A DNA stretch of 64,000 bases from Candidatus Bathyarchaeia archaeon. Its GTDB lineage: Archaea; Thermoproteota; Bathyarchaeia; Bathyarchaeales; Bathycorpusculaceae. The notes beneath the pieces were generated by a model. The model did no database searches, was not told the DNA's origin, and worked only from the letters and a program-made list of their open reading frames with translations. The DNA lies in contig JBEKGO010000006.1 of assembly GCA_050012755.1 (NCBI GenBank), positions 1-64,000 on the forward strand. The letters are read 5' to 3'. The translations under genes and the position numbers were made by a program. Below are positions 22,703 to 31,269 of the stretch, piece after piece; positions within the stretch are counted from its first letter, which is position 1, and each line of letters begins with the position of its first letter.

Positions 22703-23611
22703 ATGACAAAACGCCGAATCGGTTTGAAGCAAGCACTAGTAACTGCAATCTTGGTTTTGCTTGCTGTGAGCACAGTAACTTCGCTAATTTCAAAAACAGT
22801 GTCTGCACAAGCCACCGTTACTTTATATCCCACTCAAGGTCCAGTTGGCCAACAAGTTATTGTTAACGGGGTAGGATTTGGCCAATATGCGAGTGTAACT
22901 ATTTCGTTTAACGGGAAAGTAGTACAGCAAACACAAGTTACCGGGATGTACGGGGGAATAGTGGCGGGTCTATTCAATGTGCCCACCGGTACTCCTGACG
23001 GCACATATAACGTCGTCGTTACAGATTCGGATGGTAATTCTGAATCAGCTCCGTTTACTGTTGGCGCTTCTACGGCTACCCCCCTGCCAGCAACCAGTGG
23101 CCCGTCTTCTCCAGTTTACACCCCAAACAATGGCGTGACTCCCACTTACACTCCATTCACATATCCAACCATTCAACCTCAAAACTCCGGGTTGGATCCA
23201 TTAATAATAGGCTTAATAGTTGTCGTTGTCGCTGTTGGTGTTATTGTTCCAGTGTTCTTCATGTTTTTCAGAAACCGCTCTCCTAAGCGTGATCTGCTAC
23301 TTGATAGAGAACCCACTTACCGACCAGAACCGTATGCACCAGTTGAACGACCTGCTCCGCCTTCTTCACCGTACAATCAGCCTACATCTCGCTACAGTAC
23401 GCCGACATCTAGGTACAGTTCTCCTTCGACTTCGCGGTACACTCAGAATACTGCCTACAGCCGTTACTCAGCTCGACCTACCGCAGATCGTTACAGCGCA
23501 CCCGCAAGCAGTGTTCAACAGTCGACTTCAGGAAGAGTATGCCCTAACTGCAAACGGACTGTCAAAGGAGATTACAGCGTCTGCCCCTATTGCTACAAGA
23601 GAATGCGGTAG
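22703..23611 (+). CDS. Single-pass membrane protein: signal peptide, Ig/IPT-like domain, TM, S/T/P/Y/R repeat tail, C-terminal zinc ribbon
   Basis: Signal ..VSA, PTQGPVGQQVIVNGVGF, TM LIIGLIVVVVAVG, CPNC..CPYC. Confidence 0.8.
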   Translation: MTKRRIGLKQALVTAILVLLAVSTVTSLISKTVSAQATVTLYPTQGPVGQQVIVNGVGFGQYASVTISFNGKVVQQTQVTGMYGGIVAGLFNVPTGTPDGTYNVVVTDSDGNSESAPFTVGASTATPLPATSGPSSPVYTPNNGVTPTYTPFTYPTIQPQNSGLDPLIIGLIVVVVAVGVIVPVFFMFFRNRSPKRDLLLDREPTYRPEPYAPVERPAPPSSPYNQPTSRYSTPTSRYSSPSTSRYTQNTAYSRYSARPTADRYSAPASSVQQSTSGRVCPNCKRTVKGDYSVCPYCYKRMR

Positions 23612-23650
23612 CAACATTTCTCACCTATTTAGAAGCATTTAACTAATGAG

Positions 23651-23674
23651 AACCCACGAGAGATTTAACTCTCG
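23651..23674 (-). repeat. Degenerate copy of the tRNA-Gln 3' arm (outer att-like scar); also a terminator-like hairpin
   Basis: cccacgagagattt-aactctcg versus tRNA cccgggagagattcgaactctcg; followed by a T-run. Confidence 0.5.
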
Positions 23675-23823
23675 CTCGGGATTTTTTTGCAAAAGAAAAT
23701 TAGTGAATTTCATCGTTTTCCATTTTTGTGTTTAGTGTGAAGTGAGCGGTAATTAACTGTTCTTTTTGAAGAACACTCTGTTCTTTCGGGAGAGTAATAA
23801 GTTTCCTTCAATAATGACTAATT

Positions 23824-24750
23824 GTGACAAAAGTGCGGAAAATCGGTCTTTACGTCTTGATTCTCATTATCCTGAGCTGTCCATGCATTACAAACCTTTT
23901 GATTGTCAAGTCTGAAGTTGTTGCAAACACAGTTACCATTAGTTCCGATGGGAATGTTGTGCCTTCATCCGCGCCAATTGAGCATAACGGAAACGTTTAC
24001 ACTTTGACAAGTAATATTTCGGGGAGTATAGCCGTTCACAGAAGCAACATCGTTATTGACGGAGCTGGCTACTCTCTTAATGGCAATGGCGGTACAGGCG
24101 TAGATTTAACGAACAACTTAACTGAAGTTCCTTCCCCACAAGCAATATGGAATGTCACTATCAAAAACTTGGCGATATTAAGCTTCCACTTTGGAATAAA
24201 TACTCTCGGAGGAGGTAACGATGCTCTATACGATGATTATGTTGTCACAAGCATGAGCGGTAATGCAGGCGCAGTCTCCTTCTGGAGTTGTGGCGGAAAC
24301 AACGTTTCTTATTGCAGTATCATCGGTGAATCTGCGATTGACATGCAGTTTGGTTCAAGCCGCAACACCATAACTGATAACAACTTTGTTGGTAGCGTTT
24401 GGGTCGAGATAGGTGGAGATGAGACAGTTGATAGAAACTACTGGAGTGACTACTTTACAAGATATCCTAATGCAACCGAAATAGATTCAACTGGAATAGG
24501 CAATACACCGTATGTATTTTATTCATACGTAAACAATGCATCCGGTCTGACTAGCAGTCCACTCTATGATTACCACCCTCAAATTAAACCGCTTAGCCTT
24601 TCGTTCTTTCCAAGTGGCGCATCATTTGCTTCAACAAATCAACAAGCGTCAATTGCCGAATTCCCGTTAGCGATAATTGCTCTTGCCGTTGTACTTATAA
24701 CAAGCACATTGGTGGCCTTTGTGTACAAAATAGGACGCCCAAAATCTTGA
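23824..24750 (+). CDS. Secreted NosD/CASH-like beta-helix protein with PEF-CTERM-like anchor
   Basis: YTLTSNISGSI..SNIVIDGAGYSLNG, NYWSDY..DSTGIGNTPY..DYHP; C-terminal AEFP + TM + basic tail. Confidence 0.8.
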   Translation: MTKVRKIGLYVLILIILSCPCITNLLIVKSEVVANTVTISSDGNVVPSSAPIEHNGNVYTLTSNISGSIAVHRSNIVIDGAGYSLNGNGGTGVDLTNNLTEVPSPQAIWNVTIKNLAILSFHFGINTLGGGNDALYDDYVVTSMSGNAGAVSFWSCGGNNVSYCSIIGESAIDMQFGSSRNTITDNNFVGSVWVEIGGDETVDRNYWSDYFTRYPNATEIDSTGIGNTPYVFYSYVNNASGLTSSPLYDYHPQIKPLSLSFFPSGASFASTNQQASIAEFPLAIIALAVVLITSTLVAFVYKIGRPKS

Positions 24751-24799
24751 CACACTCATTTTTCAAGATTGGATATGGACTGTTTTTCAGATTCAAGTT

Positions 24800-25687
24800 C
24801 TATGTTGCTAGTGCATCCACTAAGGCTTTGACGTCTTTAATCCACGTGGTTATCGTTTCGATGTTCTCTGTCTGTTTATGTGAAATTTTGTGCAATCCTT
24901 TTAACTCGTCAAGTTGGTGCTGATAATATCTAGCCAATTGGTTTAGTGACTTTGTGAACTGTGTTGCCGATTCACCATGTTCCAGTTTGTCCCCTAAGCT
25001 ACTAAGCATGCTCTGCACCTCGTCCACTGACATACTACTGTTTTTCTCAAAGTCTTGAAGCACCCATTGTTTGACGAGCATGTTGCGGTTCCTCCAACCA
25101 GCGGATTGCTCAGTGAATGTTTTGAGTACGGCTTGGTAAAGTTGGGTGACACGATTTGTGTGAAGTTCCTGTGTTTGAGGCGTTTCTTCGGTTGTCATCT
25201 GAGTCTGGGAATTACGTAGCGGCTCAGCAGAGGAGACGGTTAAGCTCACAGAAAGCCTAAGTGGGGCATCCAACGCCATCCACAGCCTGCTTAGCTCTTT
25301 CAGAGAAAGCGAATCTATCTTCACCGCTAGCTCGCTCTTGTTCTCCGCATCTGCAACTTCAAGAAATGGCTTGTCTAAAAACATCTGAATTATTTTTGCA
25401 AGCAGTGCATGGTCGTCTTTGTCGTTTTCGGTAAATGGAGTAATGAGATAATGAAGGGCAAAAGAGGCATTGGTGTTTCCTGCCACTGTTTCTTCAGTTA
25501 TGTTGTATAGAAAAATCGTCAGCTTTTTGTTTCCTCGACTGATTGCGGTTTTTGGAGAAGAAAATGAAATCTGCTCTCGGGTTGAGACTGTCGCTGTTGT
25601 GGCGGAATCATTTTCTATGCATTCCCAAATTAGATTTGCAAGCGCCGTGTCGACATGCGATATGAGGTCTTTTTGATCCATAGACAT
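24800..25687 (-). CDS. DUF4255/Pvc16-N-like protein with extra helical C-terminal domain
   Basis: ISFSSP...LTIFLYNITE...LHYLITP...SLSLKELSRLW.AL..PLRLSV.LTV. Confidence 0.75.
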   Translation of the reverse strand: MSMDQKDLISHVDTALANLIWECIENDSATTATVSTREQISFSSPKTAISRGNKKLTIFLYNITEETVAGNTNASFALHYLITPFTENDKDDHALLAKIIQMFLDKPFLEVADAENKSELAVKIDSLSLKELSRLWMALDAPLRLSVSLTVSSAEPLRNSQTQMTTEETPQTQELHTNRVTQLYQAVLKTFTEQSAGWRNRNMLVKQWVLQDFEKNSSMSVDEVQSMLSSLGDKLEHGESATQFTKSLNQLARYYQHQLDELKGLHKISHKQTENIETITTWIKDVKALVDALAT

Positions 25688-25753
25688 CGTTTAACTAACG
25701 TGGTCAAGTTCCTAAAAAGAGTTAGCCAAATTTCCAGCTGCGTTTTTACATAA

Positions 25754-25780
25754 TAGCCCGGGATAGGTTCAAACTCTCGT
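25754..25780 (-). repeat. Direct repeat of the tRNA-Gln 3' end (att-like), 24/27 identical to 29742-29768
   Basis: tagcccgggataggttcaaactctcgt versus tagcccgggagagattcgaactctcgt. Confidence 0.85.
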
Positions 25781-26190
25781 TCAAACATTTTTCAATTACT
25801 ATCAATTTGAGAGCAAAAAGTAGCTGGATTGCTATTAAAACGGCTACATTTCTATCGCTTTTTGATAGTATACCCGAGAGTTCGACCATTTTCAGCAGTC
25901 ATGTTGTGTATATGTTATGACGCACCAGAAAACAAGAATTAAAGTGGCGCTTGTTTCAGAAATACTGCTTAATACAAGGCGTACTTTAGAAATGGGCTCT
26001 TAATAATACCACTTATAACCCACGTTTGCACTTACGTTTTAATTATTAGATTTGTTTTGATACGATGATTTTTGAGAGTATGTCTGTGTATTTAGGTCAA
26101 CTTTAAGCGCCTTATTATCGGTAAACTGAAGGTAACAGATCCCATTTTCACTTTTTCTCAATTTGGGCTAATTACTGAACCACTTTTTCT

Positions 26191-26502
26191 TTACGTACGA
26201 CGTTTTCGTCGCCGAATTAAAATCATCACTCCGTAGAGCACTCCTCCAGTGAATAGCGACATAAAGACTCCTTGAAACAGATTATACGCCAGACCATAAC
26301 CATCATAAAAATTAGAGATTAAACCAAACGATAAGAAGATACTTACCATAATTATAATAATTGCCTCGTTTGGAAGCTCTCTAATCTTGAAATGTTGCTT
26401 TAACCTGTTTTCAAATGAGGACAAAGTGGTTTTTTGGGGGTTTGGCAAAGAGGGCTCTTTTGGAAGCCAACCTCGAAAAAGATTCTCTATGCGCTTTTTC
26501 AT
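26191..26502 (-). CDS. Small 2-TM protein with N-terminal RGWLPKEPSLP motif
   Basis: ATGA-coupled to the upstream gene; two hydrophobic helices; basic tail. Confidence 0.8.
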   Translation of the reverse strand: MKKRIENLFRGWLPKEPSLPNPQKTTLSSFENRLKQHFKIRELPNEAIIIIMVSIFLSFGLISNFYDGYGLAYNLFQGVFMSLFTGGVLYGVMILIRRRKRRT

Positions 26503-27548
26503 ATTTCCAATACTCCAAAATTCGTTTTGTCAGCCCAGAGGTTCCCAAAAACCTTATCGTTAAATCCTACTTTTGCATTGACAGCCACTGAAAAGTGCGT
26601 TCCTTGAGGAACCCACAAGTCTGTTGAAAATGTTTCGCTTTGTTTGGGGTGGAGTGTTGATTCTGTCCAGCTTATTTTCGTTTTATAGTCAGAATTAACC
26701 AGAACGGTTTCAGGGTTTCCAATGTACAATGTTGCGATGCCTAGTCCGATGCCTATCGGAGTCCCGGGACTTGCTTGTGGCTCCCAATCAGTTGTGGCAG
26801 TTTCGTTTTGGGTGTCTATAGAGGCATTTACGATGGCAGAGTTAAAATTTCTTTGTGGACACTGCAAATCTATCTCTAAATAGTAGTAGTCTTTCTTGCT
26901 GTCAAGGTCCGCGTATTGGTATACGTTGACGCCGACGTTAAAACTGCCGTTATTACTTGTTTGGCTCAGGCTTTTTATCATTGTTTTTGAAGGATTAATT
27001 ATTTGTGGGTCCGCGGCGTAAACAGGCGCAAACGATGCGACGCATAACAACACCAACAATGCCACGGGCGCCACCTGAATCAACTTTGAGGACGCGATAC
27101 CTTTGCCCATGCGTAGCGCTACCAGATAAACTAAGACAACAGCTTCCAAAGGCAATGCGAACCTTAGCGGAACAACGTAAAATGCAACAAGCGATATTGC
27201 CAAAAATATAATGGCTATGTCTACCCAACCTTTTTTCAATGTGAGCAAGCCTGCGCCAACAACAAACAAGGCAACGCTGTCTGTTGCTGTTACTGTAGCC
27301 ATAAGGAACTGCACGTTAAAAGAGAGGTAGCCAAGTTGTGTTACCTGCTGTATAAGTGCCATTATTGCGCCAAAACCGAATATCCAAAGCAAAGCGGTAA
27401 CGAGCTTCAAGCCTAGTGGCGCTCGGCTTAAGAAAATTCTTGGGGCTTTTTTATTCTGTGAATTTGACGCATTTAAGGTTCTGGGAAGGCTTGGTTCTTT
27501 AGGTAACCAACCGCGAATGCGGCCTTGAAGGTACTTTAGTGGTTTCAT
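26499..27548 (-). CDS. Multi-TM protein with N-terminal RGWLPKEPSLP motif and C-terminal extracytoplasmic beta domain
   Basis: About 5 TM segments, then an S/T/N-rich beta-strand domain; ATGA-coupled on both sides. Confidence 0.82.
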   Translation of the reverse strand: MKPLKYLQGRIRGWLPKEPSLPRTLNASNSQNKKAPRIFLSRAPLGLKLVTALLWIFGFGAIMALIQQVTQLGYLSFNVQFLMATVTATDSVALFVVGAGLLTLKKGWVDIAIIFLAISLVAFYVVPLRFALPLEAVVLVYLVALRMGKGIASSKLIQVAPVALLVLLCVASFAPVYAADPQIINPSKTMIKSLSQTSNNGSFNVGVNVYQYADLDSKKDYYYLEIDLQCPQRNFNSAIVNASIDTQNETATTDWEPQASPGTPIGIGLGIATLYIGNPETVLVNSDYKTKISWTESTLHPKQSETFSTDLWVPQGTHFSVAVNAKVGFNDKVFGNLWADKTNFGVLEI

Positions 27549-28024
27549 GTACTCAACTCCGGAATAAGTTTACTGAAAATTACGCGAGCTAATTTGGCTG
27601 GGTGAATACTTTGGGCATCTTCCACTGTTATGCCTCTTTCTTTGGCTATGTCAATTAGATACTGCCGGGTTTGGTTTAGGAAGGCTGTGTCGGTGACTTC
27701 TTCAGGGTTGTCGTGCCAGTACCAAACTTTTATTCCGTAATTTGTGCTGTAGGTGAGGATGGCTTTGCGTTTTAAGGCGGGGTGATAAGCTAAAAGTATG
27801 CCTTCTTTGGGGTACAGTTTTGTGATTTGGAGGTCGTTTGCTTGGGCTACATCCAAAAGCGTGATTGATAACTTGGCTTCAGTTGCTAACTTTGTTTGGT
27901 TAATGAACTGCCTAGTAGTGTTAAGTTTGTCGGCAATTGTGGCGGCGGATAAACCTCTGCTTATCAAGGACCAAACGAGTTTTTGTTTCTGAGTTAATGG
28001 TGATGCTAAGGTGGAAGATACCAA
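27545..28024 (-). CDS. HTH DNA-binding protein (LuxR/sigma-r4-like HTH + unknown C-terminal domain)
   Basis: LTQKQKLVWSLISRGLSAATIADKLNTTRQFINQ. Start placed at TTG 28024 because the track start (28081) lies upstream of the TATA-like box. Confidence 0.78.
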   Translation of the reverse strand: MVSSTLASPLTQKQKLVWSLISRGLSAATIADKLNTTRQFINQTKLATEAKLSITLLDVAQANDLQITKLYPKEGILLAYHPALKRKAILTYSTNYGIKVWYWHDNPEEVTDTAFLNQTRQYLIDIAKERGITVEDAQSIHPAKLARVIFSKLIPELST

Positions 28025-28046
28025 CGTACACACGACGTAAATAATA

Positions 28047-28067
28047 AATTGTTTACAATTATTTAAG
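28047..28067 (-). promoter_or_regulatory. TATA-like box with adjacent palindrome AATTGT-TT-ACAATT
   Basis: Minus strand CTTAAATAATTGTAAACAATT directly upstream of the HTH gene. Confidence 0.55.
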
Positions 28068-28144
28068 GTTTCAGTCGGCAAAGATTAAAGGTCATTCTAA
28101 TGGCGACGTATATAGTCAGCCATCGCCGCGTCAACCAAAGGTCG

Positions 28145-28173
28145 TGTTCAATTTGGTTTGAACAGTGTTCAAA
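28145..28173. promoter_or_regulatory. Triple TGTTCAA half-site operator including perfect TTTGAACA-G-TGTTCAAA
   Basis: Half-sites at 28145-51, 28157-64 and 28166-73, just upstream of TATA-like CTTATAC (28182-88). Confidence 0.65.
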
Positions 28174-28223
28174 AGTGTAGGCTTATACATCGCATCGCTG
28201 ATTAAAATTGCAGGTGCCCAATC

Positions 28224-29045
28224 TTGAGTTTACCTAAGAGAAGTTTGATTAAGCCAATTGTTGCAGCGGTAATACTTGTGCTTCTAATAAGTGGAATAGC
28301 CATCTTTGTTCTTCCAAAGTACATTTACATTAGCCCTTTTTCCTCGTTCTACGGTTCAGGCGTTGTTTACTACAAGACTGTAGGATATAGCACTGAAATT
28401 AATGGCAGTCAATTACCAACATACTTGGTTTCAGTTACATTGTTAAACGATGACCCAGTGAATCATTTCTCGGGTGGAAATACTAACACATACACTGTTT
28501 CCAAGGCAGATTGGGATGTGATTGCCCCCGGAGATGGCGTGAATATTAAGCTTTTACCTAACGCACATGCACAGTTGGTTGATCAATTTCCAAACCCCGG
28601 TGGTACTCCTGCATGGCAATCGGTACCTGCAGACTTGCCGCTTACCCTTAATGTAACTTCCAACAAACCTCAATATACTATTGGAGAAACCGCCAACTTT
28701 ACCGTTCGCTTAATCAACGACCCTGCGTTGTCAAGCGGCATACCTTCCAATGTTTCACTTTCCCTTTTCAAAGATTGCATATTTTATACCTTCTTAAACG
28801 CAAAAATAATTACTTCAAATGACAATCTGCTCCAATATGACAATCCGCTTGAAATCAAAACTGTAAGTCTTCAGCCAAACCAAGAGATTGACTATTCATT
28901 CAATTGGAATCTCACAAATATTCAGCCAGGCACTTGTTTTGTGCGAGCATATATCGGATACTATCCTCCATTACAGGGTCAGTCGACAACGCTGTTTAGG
29001 TCGATAACGCTTACGGCAACAACGACGATCGATGTGACTAAATAA
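28224..29045 (+). CDS. Membrane-anchored extracytoplasmic protein with BsuPI-like Ig-fold domain
   Basis: N-terminal TM; LTLNVTSNKPQYTIGETANFTVRLIN...LQPNQEIDYSFNW. Confidence 0.72.
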   Translation: MSLPKRSLIKPIVAAVILVLLISGIAIFVLPKYIYISPFSSFYGSGVVYYKTVGYSTEINGSQLPTYLVSVTLLNDDPVNHFSGGNTNTYTVSKADWDVIAPGDGVNIKLLPNAHAQLVDQFPNPGGTPAWQSVPADLPLTLNVTSNKPQYTIGETANFTVRLINDPALSSGIPSNVSLSLFKDCIFYTFLNAKIITSNDNLLQYDNPLEIKTVSLQPNQEIDYSFNWNLTNIQPGTCFVRAYIGYYPPLQGQSTTLFRSITLTATTTIDVTK

Positions 29046-29474
29046 ATGACAGATCGAAACGCTGACAGAAAGAACGAAGAGGTTTTGCATGGTAAAACCC
29101 TGCTCGTCTACCGATTCATTATAACCAAAAACGAGCCTGTCGGCGTAAGAGAAATCCAGCGGAAACTAAAGTTTAGTAGCCCCTCTCTTGCTCAATACCA
29201 CATAGACAAACTGAAGAATGAAGGCTTAATAAAAGAAGAAACAGGCGGATACATAGCGGATAAAGTCATTTTAAAGAATCTTGTACGATTTAGAAATATG
29301 CTGATTCCCCGTTTTTTCTTCTATTTCTTGGTCTTCACCCTCGGCTTCATCGTGGAGCTTACTTTGCTACTTCCACCAATTGTCACCAGAGAATATGCGG
29401 TCGCTGTCGGGTTCACGTTGGCTGGTGCCGTAGCCTTTGGTGTTGAGACCTACAGAAACTGGAGAAGACTGTAA
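29046..29474 (+). CDS. Winged-HTH regulator with two C-terminal TM helices
   Basis: VGVREIQRKLKFSSPSLAQYHIDKLKNEGLI, then two hydrophobic helices; start abuts the upstream stop. Confidence 0.85.
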   Translation: MTDRNADRKNEEVLHGKTLLVYRFIITKNEPVGVREIQRKLKFSSPSLAQYHIDKLKNEGLIKEETGGYIADKVILKNLVRFRNMLIPRFFFYFLVFTLGFIVELTLLLPPIVTREYAVAVGFTLAGAVAFGVETYRNWRRL

Positions 29475-29741
29475 CTACTTCTGTCTAGGGCAAATTCAGC
29501 TCGGACCCAAGATTGCATGTAGCCCAAGAAGGTTATCATGCTTCTGTGTGAGCCCTTTATTCTTTTAAGGTGAGCCTAATTGCGGGGCCTAGATTATCGT
29601 ATGGGTCTCTATGGTTCCAGACTCAGTTAAAGGTGAGGCCGTCCAGTTCCCCCATAGAATTTGCCAAACGTTCTCCGCTTCCAAACTTGTTCGCTCTTTT
29701 TGATTCGAGAGTTTGAAAGTCGACCTAACTAGTGTTTGATG

Positions 29742-29814
29742 TAGCCCGGGAGAGATTCGAACTCTCGTCAAGGGCTCCAGAGGCCCCTATGCTTGACCAC
29801 TACACCACCGGGCT
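29742..29814 (-). tRNA. tRNA-Gln(CTG)
   Basis: AGCCCGG/CCGGGCT acceptor stem (archaeal A1-U72), GGGGC-CTCTGGA-GCCCT anticodon arm, GAGAG-TTCGAAT-CTCTC T arm. Confidence 0.97.
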
Positions 29815-29865
29815 GCAGGTTTCAAATAAAACATCGTTCCAATTATTAACTTTAACTTGACCTGA

Positions 29866-30072
29866 TTAGCCGCCGTTTTTCTTCTTTAACGCTTCTCGTG
29901 CACAGTAGCATTCTTGGCTAACTTTATTCCAGTCCTCGCAGTGCCAAAGTGTGTCAACTATTGGGTTCTTGTTTTGTGCGTGTCGGGTTGAGCAAAAAAC
30001 TTTTGTTGGGTAATCGTATGAGTTGTGGCTGTCACAGTTACCGCAGTACTTTTCCACATCGTCGCCTGTCAT
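29866..30072 (-). CDS. Small Cys-rich metal-binding protein
   Basis: CGNC..C..C..CYC; ATGA overlap with dys. Confidence 0.7.
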   Translation of the reverse strand: MTGDDVEKYCGNCDSHNSYDYPTKVFCSTRHAQNKNPIVDTLWHCEDWNKVSQECYCAREALKKKNGG

Positions 30073-31097
30073 GGTTTAGCTTCCTTTATTTGGTTTTCAA
30101 ATTCTAGAAAAGGAGTTCGCGTGAAGCTTTGGCCTAATCTTTCCGTTACCGAGGCAACAATAAATGGGAAAACCATCAATGCCTCCCCTATAACCATTAC
30201 GTGGTCAGCTTGACCCTTCATTTTTCCCCAACTTACCGTCTCCTCCAAAGTTGAGCCTGATAAACCACCCGTTTCAGGACGATCCAGAGTGATGACTATA
30301 GCGTAATCTAGGCCTTTCTTGGAAGCCAACGCTGAAGACTGGATAGTGTTTCGCGGCACTCCTCCGCCAATTACTATCATTCCGTTCTTAGGTGACTTAG
30401 CGCAGATATTGCAAACTGTTGCCACATCTTTGAATGCGTCAAGCAAAAGCACCGGTTTGGGGTTTTGCTGTGCTGAATGAAGCCAGTGGATAAAGCCGAA
30501 TTCTGAGTCTCTTACAGCTGGAAGAAAAATTGGGACGTTCTCTTCATATGCCGCTCGGAGAATAGAGTTTTTGTCTGTAAGACGTTTGCCTATTTCCCAG
30601 CTGAACTCGTTTGAAGCTAAACTATCTCCTTTGTGCTCGGCGGCAATATCATCGTACATTTCTGAAAGCTTGAAATCTAATTTGACATAGTCTTCTTCTG
30701 GAACGAAAATGTCGTATATTCGGAAAAGATGATATTTGTAGAGTTCAGTGTCATTTACTGCCCAGCCTCCAATGTAGTGATGCCCACCCACGGCTTCGAT
30801 AGCATCGTGAACCATGCATGCACCAGTGCTGACAATCACGTCGACTAGTCTTTTTCTGATCAAATCAGTGATTAACATTCGCATGCCAGCAGGGACAACC
30901 GCGCCTGAAAGAGCTAGGAAGATTGTGCAGTCTTTGTCTTTGAGCATTTTCTCGTAAATATCACACGCTGCCGATAAGCGTCCAGCGCCAAGAGCGCCTG
31001 AACCTTTAAACTGCTGCATTAACTGGTCAACGGTTAAAGTCCCGTCGATTTTTATGTGTTTGACTGGGGTGTGGAGGTAATCTTTTCTTTCCATCAA
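30069..31097 (-). CDS. dys: Deoxyhypusine synthase
   Basis: IGGGVPRN, GGLSGSTLEETVSWGK (catalytic Lys), RIYDIFVPEEDY. Confidence 0.93.
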   Translation of the reverse strand: MMERKDYLHTPVKHIKIDGTLTVDQLMQQFKGSGALGAGRLSAACDIYEKMLKDKDCTIFLALSGAVVPAGMRMLITDLIRKRLVDVIVSTGACMVHDAIEAVGGHHYIGGWAVNDTELYKYHLFRIYDIFVPEEDYVKLDFKLSEMYDDIAAEHKGDSLASNEFSWEIGKRLTDKNSILRAAYEENVPIFLPAVRDSEFGFIHWLHSAQQNPKPVLLLDAFKDVATVCNICAKSPKNGMIVIGGGVPRNTIQSSALASKKGLDYAIVITLDRPETGGLSGSTLEETVSWGKMKGQADHVMVIGEALMVFPFIVASVTERLGQSFTRTPFLEFENQIKEAKP

Positions 31098-31269
31098 AGT
31101 TGCGCCTGAATTATTAGTATTGCTGGATTATGGAAATAGGTTTCTATATTTAAGATAAACCTTTAGAAAAGTAAATATGAGTATACAGAATTATCCTGAG
31201 GAAAATCTTCCTTGAACCTTTTTAAGACGGTCTTCCGAAAGAAAGTATTTCCCCTTTTAATTTCCGCTG

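Larger units (their letters stand above)
25754..29768. mobile_element. ~4-kb integrase-less genomic islet at tRNA-Gln
   Basis: Bounded by the tRNA 3' end and its 27-bp direct repeat; cargo is five regulatory/membrane genes. Confidence 0.65.

Noticed and set aside
25768-29717. 12-bp inverted repeat TTCAAACTCTCG / CGAGAGTTTGAA as transposon ends
   Set aside because: The tRNA T arm is self-complementary, so inverted partial matches are expected; no transposase or target duplication seen.
29589-29771. ORF reading through the tRNA-Gln 3' half as a split (SSV-type) integrase fragment
   Set aside because: No tyrosine-recombinase motifs; the frame closes after 60 aa.
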